Source of the DNA: an uncultured virus (IMG/VR IMGVR_UViG_3300020182_000015)
Taxonomy: Duplodnaviria; Heunggongvirae; Uroviricota; Caudoviricetes
Reading direction: 5' to 3' (one strand)
IMG/VR virus record: IMGVR_UViG_3300020182_000015
DNA length: 64,000 nucleotides
How positions within the stretch are numbered: the first letter of the stretch is position 1; every line of letters starts with the position of its first letter. Below, in pieces: positions 58,242 to 64,000 of this stretch. The notes below the pieces were generated by a model that saw only the letters and a program-made list of their open reading frames with translations, did no database searches and had not been told where the DNA came from. The translations under genes were made by a program, and so were the position numbers.

Positions 58242-61200
58242 ATGTCTACTAAAGTTAAGCTGAAAAAATCCAGCATAGTTGGTCGTGTTCCAAGTGTAAA
58301 TGATCTTGATTATGGTGAAATTGCCATTAACTATGCTGATGGTAGAATTTACTATAAAAGTAGTTCAAACAGCATTAACTATTTCCAAGATTTTAATAAT
58401 GCATTAGCCGGATTTGATTCGGCAGATGTTTTTGGCATCATTGATTCCGCATATATTCAAAATCGTCAAAATCTTGAATATTCTAGCCTAATAGGCATTC
58501 CTACCTCTTTTACACCAAATGGTGTAGATTCTAGCGCCACTTTTGCGCTCATTGATAGCGATTATATTGCAACGCGGGCTAACCTAGCCTTTGCTGGTAC
58601 TGCTGATATAACAAACTACCAATTTGTAGCCGATTCTGGTGATATTACCTTTACTGGTACAGATGTTAATGGTTTAACATTATCATTTAATAATCAATTA
58701 GTTCAAGTTTACTTGAACGGTATATTGCTTCTTGAAAATGATGATTATACAAAATCCAATAATAATACTATTATTTTATCAAGGCCTGTTGATTCCGGTG
58801 ATCAATTAATTGTCTCGGATTTTAATGCGTTCTTTACAAATCAAACTGTTACCGCTAATACTATACACGGCTTTATTGACTCGGCTTTAGCTTCTGTTGG
58901 AGAAGCTGATATTACCGCATTCGAATTTACAGCAGATTCCGGCCAAACTGCCTTTAGTGGTATTGATAATAATGGCGCAACTCTTAGTTTAGATCCAACT
59001 GGTGTTCAAGTATATCTTAATGGTATTTTACTTTCTGGGGCCTCTGACTATACAGTTTCTGCAAATACATTAACGCTAACCGATGGGGCAAGCCTCAATT
59101 CACATTTAAGCGTACAGTCTTTTAAAAGATATTTTAATTTTGTTGGACTTGACTCCGCAGATATAACTGGCATTGTTGATGCTACGTATATCCAAGCCAA
59201 TCAAACCGCACAAGACTTTGCTTATGCATCGTTAACCGGCGTGCCAACAACATTTGCTCCTATTGGTGTCGATTCCGCTTCTACTATAGCGTTGATTGAT
59301 TCTGCATATATTGCAGCTCGTACACCGGAAGTTGTAGCAACTGATTTATCTGACTATAGAACAGAAACTCAAATCAAAACCTTAATTGATTCTGGTGTTA
59401 ATGCGGTAATTGATGCTGCACCTGGTGCATTAGATACACTTAATGAATTAGCAGCAGCCCTTGGGGATGATGCCAATTTTAGCACAACAATTACTAATCA
59501 AATAGCTACAAAAATTGATTCGGCTGGAGTGGTCGGTATTGTTGATGCGGCATATGTTCAAAGTAGACAAACTCCACAAGATTTTGCTTACTCTAGCTTA
59601 ACCGGCACACCAAATGTTCTTGATTCCGCCGATATTACTAATGTAGTTGACGCTACATATATTCAAGCAAATCAAACAGCACAAGACTTTGCTTATGCAT
59701 CATTAACTGGGACACCAAATGTTCTTGATTCCGCCGATATTACTAATGTAATCGATGTTGCATATATTCAGGCCAATCAAACACCACAAGATTTTGCATA
59801 TAGTTCCTTAAGTGGTGCCCCAAATGTACTTGACTCTGCCGATATAGCCGCAATTGCTACTGCAGCTGGTGGGGTTGATTCTGCTGCAATTGAAGCAATG
59901 ATCGACAGCAACTATGTTGCTAGTAGAGTTTCATTAGCGTATGCTGGTAATGCTGAAGTAAAAAATTATAAGTTTGTTGCGGATTCAGCACAAACAGTAT
60001 TTACTGGTGTTGATGAAAATGCTGTTACATTAGGATTTACAAATCAATTAGTACAAGTTTATTTAAACGGCGTTCTTTTACTTGATTCTGATGATTATAC
60101 AAAGTCTAATAACAATACAATTACATTAGTTACTCCGGCAAATTTGGGTGATCAACTAATAGTTTCTGATTTTAAATCATTTTTTGCTAGCGCTGGTCTT
60201 GATTCCGCTGATATTACCAATGTAATTGATGCCACATATATTCAGGCCAATCAAACACCACAAGACTTTGCTTATTCTAGTTTAACAGGTGCCCCTAATG
60301 TACTTGATTCCGCTAATGTATCAACTCTTATTACTACTGCGGTAGATGCTCTTGTAGACGGCGCGCCAGGAGCATTGGATACTCTTAATGAATTAGCTAC
60401 CGCCTTAAATGATGATTCAAATGCAATTGCAGCAATTAATAATACCCTTGCTCTTAAATTAAATATTGCGGATGTAGTTCCTCAAGATTTTGCTTATTCT
60501 AGCTTAACCGGTGTACCAACAACATTTGCGCCAACTGGGGTAGATTCTGGTTCAACATTATCATTAATTAATGCTGCTTATATTCAAGCCAATCAAACAC
60601 CACAAGACTTTACATATAGTTCTTTAACCGGAGCTCCAAATGTTCTCGACTCTGCCGATGTAACCGCAATTGCTACTGCAGCAGGAGGAGTTGATTCGGC
60701 CGCAATTGAAGCAATGATTGATAGCAATTATGTTGCTTCAAGGGTTACATTAGCCTATGCCGGTAATGCTGAAGTAAAAAATTATAAGTTTGTTGCAGAC
60801 TCTGCCCAAACAATATTTACTGGCGCCGATGAAAATGCTGTTACATTAGGATTTACAAATCAGCTAGTACAAGTGTATTTAAATGGTGTTTTACTTTTAG
60901 ATAGCGACGATTATGCAAAATCTAATAATGATACTATAACATTAGTTACTCCGGCAAATTTGGGTGATCAATTAATTATCTCAGATTTTAAATCATTTTT
61001 TGCTAGCGCTGGTCTTGATTCAGCAGATATTACCAATGTAATTGATGCCACATATATTCAAGCAAATCAGACAGCACAAGACTTTGCTTACTCCAGTTTA
61101 ACTGGTGCACCAAATATTTTGGACTCTGCCGATGTACTAGCTATAGCTCCAGCACAAGACTTTGCTTATTCTAGCTTGACTGGTACGCCTAATGTACTTG

Positions 61201-64000
61201 ATTCGGCTGATGTACTAGCATTAGCTCCAGCGCAAGACTTTGCTTACTCCAGCCTAACTGGTACGCCTAATGTACTTGATTCGGCTGATGTACTAGCATT
61301 AGCTCCAGCGCAAGACTTTGCTTACTCCAGCCTAACTGGTACGCCAACCACTATTGCTGGTTATGGCATAACAGATGCTTTTGATGGTGCATATAGCTCA
61401 TTAACAGGAACGCCAAATGTTCTTGACTCTTCCGATGTAACCGCAATTGCTACTGCGGCAGGTGGGGTTGATTCCGCTGCAATCGAAGCAATGATTGACA
61501 GCAACTATGTTGCTAGCAGAGTTACATTGGCCTATGCCGGTAATGCTGAAGTAAAAAATTATAAGTTTATAGCAGATTCCAATCAAACCATATTTACTGG
61601 TGCTGATGAAAATGCGGTTACATTAGGATTTACAAATCAATTAGTACAAGTATATCTTAATGGTGTTTTACTTTTAGATGGCGACGATTATACAAAGTCT
61701 AATAACAATACAATTACATTAACGCAGGGTGCTAGCGTTGGCGATCAACTAATAGTTTCTGATTTTAAATCATTTTTTGCTAGCGCTGGTCTTGATTCCG
61801 CCGATATTACTAATGTAATTGATGCTACATATATTCAAGCAAATCAGACAGCGCAAGACTTTGCATATAGTTCCTTAACCGGTGCACCTAATGTACTTGA
61901 CTCTAATAATGTTTCAGCACTTATCACAACTTCAATTGATAATCTTATTGACGGTGCACCCGGGGCATTAGATACTCTTAATGAATTAGCGACTGCTTTA
62001 AATGATGATTCAAATGCAATTGCAGCAATTAATAATACATTAGCTCTTAAGTTAAATATTGCTGATGTAACACCTCAAGATTTCTCATATGCTAGCTTAA
62101 CCGGAGTTCCAACAACATTTGCTCCCACTGGTGTAGATTCTGGTTCAACATTATCATTAATTAATGCGGCGTATATACAGGCAAATCAAACACCACAAGA
62201 CTTTGCCTATTCTAGCTTAACCGGAGTTCCAACAACATTTGCTCCCACTGGTGTAGATTCTGGTTCAACATTATCATTAATTAATGCGGCGTATATACAA
62301 GCTAACCAAACACCACAAGACTTTGCATATGTATCCTTAACGGGTGCTCCAAATGTTCTTGATTCTGCTGACGTATTAACTATTGCTAATGCGGCCGGAG
62401 GAGTTGATTCCGCCGCAATCGAAGCAATGATCGATAGCAATTATGTTGCAAGTAGAGTTACATTGGCCTATGCTGGTAATGCGCAGGTTCAAAATACTAA
62501 ATTTATAGCAGATTCCAATCAAACCATATTTACTGGATTATCATATGCCGATCAATTAGTACAAGTTTATTTAAACGGCGTTCTTTTACTTGATTCTGAT
62601 GATTATACAAAGTCTGGCAATGATACGATTACATTGACACAGCCAGCTGATTTGGATGATCAATTAATTGTCTCGGATTTTAATGCGTTCTTTACAAATC
62701 AAACTGTTGACTCTGCGCAAATTAACTCACTAATTGATTCGGCTTTAGGCACCGTTGGGCGCGCCACCGTAAAAAATTATAAGTTTATAGCTGACTCCGG
62801 TGATATAACATTTACTGGCACAGATGCTAATGGCTTATCATTATCATATAATAGCCAACTTGTTCAAGTATATTTAAATGGCTTATTGCTTACCGAATCC
62901 ACTGATTATACAAAGTCTGGCAATGATACGATTACATTAATTAGCGCCGCTGATTCTGGTGATGAATTATCAATTGTAGACTTTAATTCATTTTTTACAT
63001 ATTCCGGCTTTGATTCCGCCGATGTATTGGCTTTACAAACACCACAAGACTTTGCTTACTCTAGCTTAACAGGCACGCCAAATATTCTCGACTCCGCTGA
63101 TGTACTTGCACTAGCTCCGGCACAAGACTTTGCTTACTCTAGCTTGACCGGTGCCCCTAATGTGCTCGACTCCGCTGATGTACTTGCACTAGCTCCGGCA
63201 CAAGATTTCGCTTATTCTAGCTTGACTGGTGCACCTAATGTGCTCGATTCTGCAGATGTATTGGCTTTACAAACACCACAAGACTTTGCTTACGCATCAT
63301 TAACTGGTACCCCTAATATACTTGATTCTGCAAATGTATTGGCAATTGTTCCGGCTCAAGACTTTGCGTACGCTAGCTTGACTGGTGCACCTAATGTACT
63401 TGATTCCGCAAATGTATCAACTTTAATTACTACTGCAGTAGACGCTCTTGTAGATGGTGCACCTGGAGCACTCAATACGCTCAACGAATTAGCAATTGCT
63501 TTAAATGATGATTCAAATGCAATTGCAGCAATTAATAATACGTTAGCTCTTAAGTTAAATATTGCAGATGTCACTCCTCAAGATTTCGCTTATTCTAGCT
63601 TGACTGGTGCACCTAATGTACTTGATTCCGGGGATGTACTAGCATTAGCTCCAGCACAAGATTTCGCTTATTCTAGCTTGACTGGTGCACCTAATGTACT
63701 TGATTCCGGGGATGTATTGGCCATTGCTACGGCAATTGGAGGAGTAGATTCTGCTGCAATTGAAGCAATGATCGACAGCAACTATGTTGCTAGTAGAGTT
63801 TCATTAGCGTATGCTGGCAATGCACAGGTTCAAAATACTAAATTTATAGCAGACTCCGCTCAAACAGTATTTACTGGTTTGTCATATGCTGACCAATTCG
63901 TGCAAGTATATTTAAATGGTGTTTTACTTTTAGATAGCGACGATTATACAAAGTCTGGTAATGATACAATCACTTTAATAACCGGAGCAGCCTCTGGCGA
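58242..64000 (+). CDS. Giant modular fibre protein, over 1900 aa, runs past the window end (not in ORF track)
   Basis: ATG 58242 after TAAGGA: MSTKVKLKKSSIVGRVPSVNDLDYGEIAINYADGRIYYK...; same frame reads NDTITLITGAASG at the window end; eight VQVYLNG modules and many QDFAYSSLTG.PNVLDS repeats. Confidence 0.88.
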   Translation, partial: MSTKVKLKKSSIVGRVPSVNDLDYGEIAINYADGRIYYKSSSNSINYFQDFNNALAGFDSADVFGIIDSAYIQNRQNLEYSSLIGIPTSFTPNGVDSSATFALIDSDYIATRANLAFAGTADITNYQFVADSGDITFTGTDVNGLTLSFNNQLVQVYLNGILLLENDDYTKSNNNTIILSRPVDSGDQLIVSDFNAFFTNQTVTANTIHGFIDSALASVGEADITAFEFTADSGQTAFSGIDNNGATLSLDPTGVQVYLNGILLSGASDYTVSANTLTLTDGASLNSHLSVQSFKRYFNFVGLDSADITGIVDATYIQANQTAQDFAYASLTGVPTTFAPIGVDSASTIALIDSAYIAARTPEVVATDLSDYRTETQIKTLIDSGVNAVIDAAPGALDTLNELAAALGDDANFSTTITNQIATKIDSAGVVGIVDAAYVQSRQTPQDFAYSSLTGTPNVLDSADITNVVDATYIQANQTAQDFAYASLTGTPNVLDSADITNVIDVAYIQANQTPQDFAYSSLSGAPNVLDSADIAAIATAAGGVDSAAIEAMIDSNYVASRVSLAYAGNAEVKNYKFVADSAQTVFTGVDENAVTLGFTNQLVQVYLNGVLLLDSDDYTKSNNNTITLVTPANLGDQLIVSDFKSFFASAGLDSADITNVIDATYIQANQTPQDFAYSSLTGAPNVLDSANVSTLITTAVDALVDGAPGALDTLNELATALNDDSNAIAAINNTLALKLNIADVVPQDFAYSSLTGVPTTFAPTGVDSGSTLSLINAAYIQANQTPQDFTYSSLTGAPNVLDSADVTAIATAAGGVDSAAIEAMIDSNYVASRVTLAYAGNAEVKNYKFVADSAQTIFTGADENAVTLGFTNQLVQVYLNGVLLLDSDDYAKSNNDTITLVTPANLGDQLIISDFKSFFASAGLDSADITNVIDATYIQANQTAQDFAYSSLTGAPNILDSADVLAIAPAQDFAYSSLTGTPNVLDSADVLALAPAQDFAYSSLTGTPNVLDSADVLALAPAQDFAYSSLTGTPTTIAGYGITDAFDGAYSSLTGTPNVLDSSDVTAIATAAGGVDSAAIEAMIDSNYVASRVTLAYAGNAEVKNYKFIADSNQTIFTGADENAVTLGFTNQLVQVYLNGVLLLDGDDYTKSNNNTITLTQGASVGDQLIVSDFKSFFASAGLDSADITNVIDATYIQANQTAQDFAYSSLTGAPNVLDSNNVSALITTSIDNLIDGAPGALDTLNELATALNDDSNAIAAINNTLALKLNIADVTPQDFSYASLTGVPTTFAPTGVDSGSTLSLINAAYIQANQTPQDFAYSSLTGVPTTFAPTGVDSGSTLSLINAAYIQANQTPQDFAYVSLTGAPNVLDSADVLTIANAAGGVDSAAIEAMIDSNYVASRVTLAYAGNAQVQNTKFIADSNQTIFTGLSYADQLVQVYLNGVLLLDSDDYTKSGNDTITLTQPADLDDQLIVSDFNAFFTNQTVDSAQINSLIDSALGTVGRATVKNYKFIADSGDITFTGTDANGLSLSYNSQLVQVYLNGLLLTESTDYTKSGNDTITLISAADSGDELSIVDFNSFFTYSGFDSADVLALQTPQDFAYSSLTGTPNILDSADVLALAPAQDFAYSSLTGAPNVLDSADVLALAPAQDFAYSSLTGAPNVLDSADVLALQTPQDFAYASLTGTPNILDSANVLAIVPAQDFAYASLTGAPNVLDSANVSTLITTAVDALVDGAPGALNTLNELAIALNDDSNAIAAINNTLALKLNIADVTPQDFAYSSLTGAPNVLDSGDVLALAPAQDFAYSSLTGAPNVLDSGDVLAIATAIGGVDSAAIEAMIDSNYVASRVSLAYAGNAQVQNTKFIADSAQTVFTGLSYADQFVQVYLNGVLLLDSDDYTKSGNDTITLITGAASG

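Noticed and set aside
1..64000. Stop-codon reassignment, prompted by the ATG-TAG at 35922
   Set aside because: Long genes are intact under the standard code, and TAG or TGA end genes at sensible boundaries (26042, 34000, 41092, 33008); read-through of the minigene gives only about 20 codons
41137..64000. Diversity-generating retroelement or invertase-based fibre switching
   Set aside because: No reverse transcriptase or recombinase seen; repeats are direct and in frame, and differences are not confined to adenines
1..64000. tRNA, rRNA, introns, inteins, homing endonucleases and transposases
   Set aside because: Intergenic gaps are short and accounted for; no such motifs recognised by eye. 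The nuclease-like motifs at 13758-14255 fit gp4

Overview
AT-rich segment of a large T4-like myophage genome with a marine-type gene order; the host cannot be assigned from this window. 1-8.2 kb holds a GH19 endolysin, DHFR and small early genes behind GTTTACA-N17-TAT(A/T)(A/T)(A/T) promoters, plus a radical SAM enzyme, a stand-alone SPASM-like protein and a glycosyltransferase. gp33 and gp32 follow. A leftward tail/head block carries gp4, gp2, a gp54-like gene, gp26, gp51 and a tape-measure-like gene. A rightward baseplate block carries gp48, gp53, a gp27-like hub, a gp5 split into three genes, gp25, gp6, gp7, gp8 and a large virion protein. Then come a 6.5 kb cassette of glycosyltransferases, methyltransferases and a QueC-like enzyme, and about 23 kb of fibre/adhesin genes under TATAAATA late promoters; the last fibre ORF is open past the window end. 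Main leads: (1) Asp-Ser (DS) motifs saturate the virion proteins flanking the transferase cassette, suggesting a phage-encoded virion glycosylation/modification system; (2) a likely -1 frameshift fuses gp26 to gp51 just upstream of the tape-measure gene, like lambda G/G-T; (3) the tripartite gp5 carries three different peptidoglycan hydrolases; (4) a perfect-consensus antisense promoter drives an ATG-TAG minigene inside the cassette. All family assignments are by-eye motif and synteny recognition, not database results.
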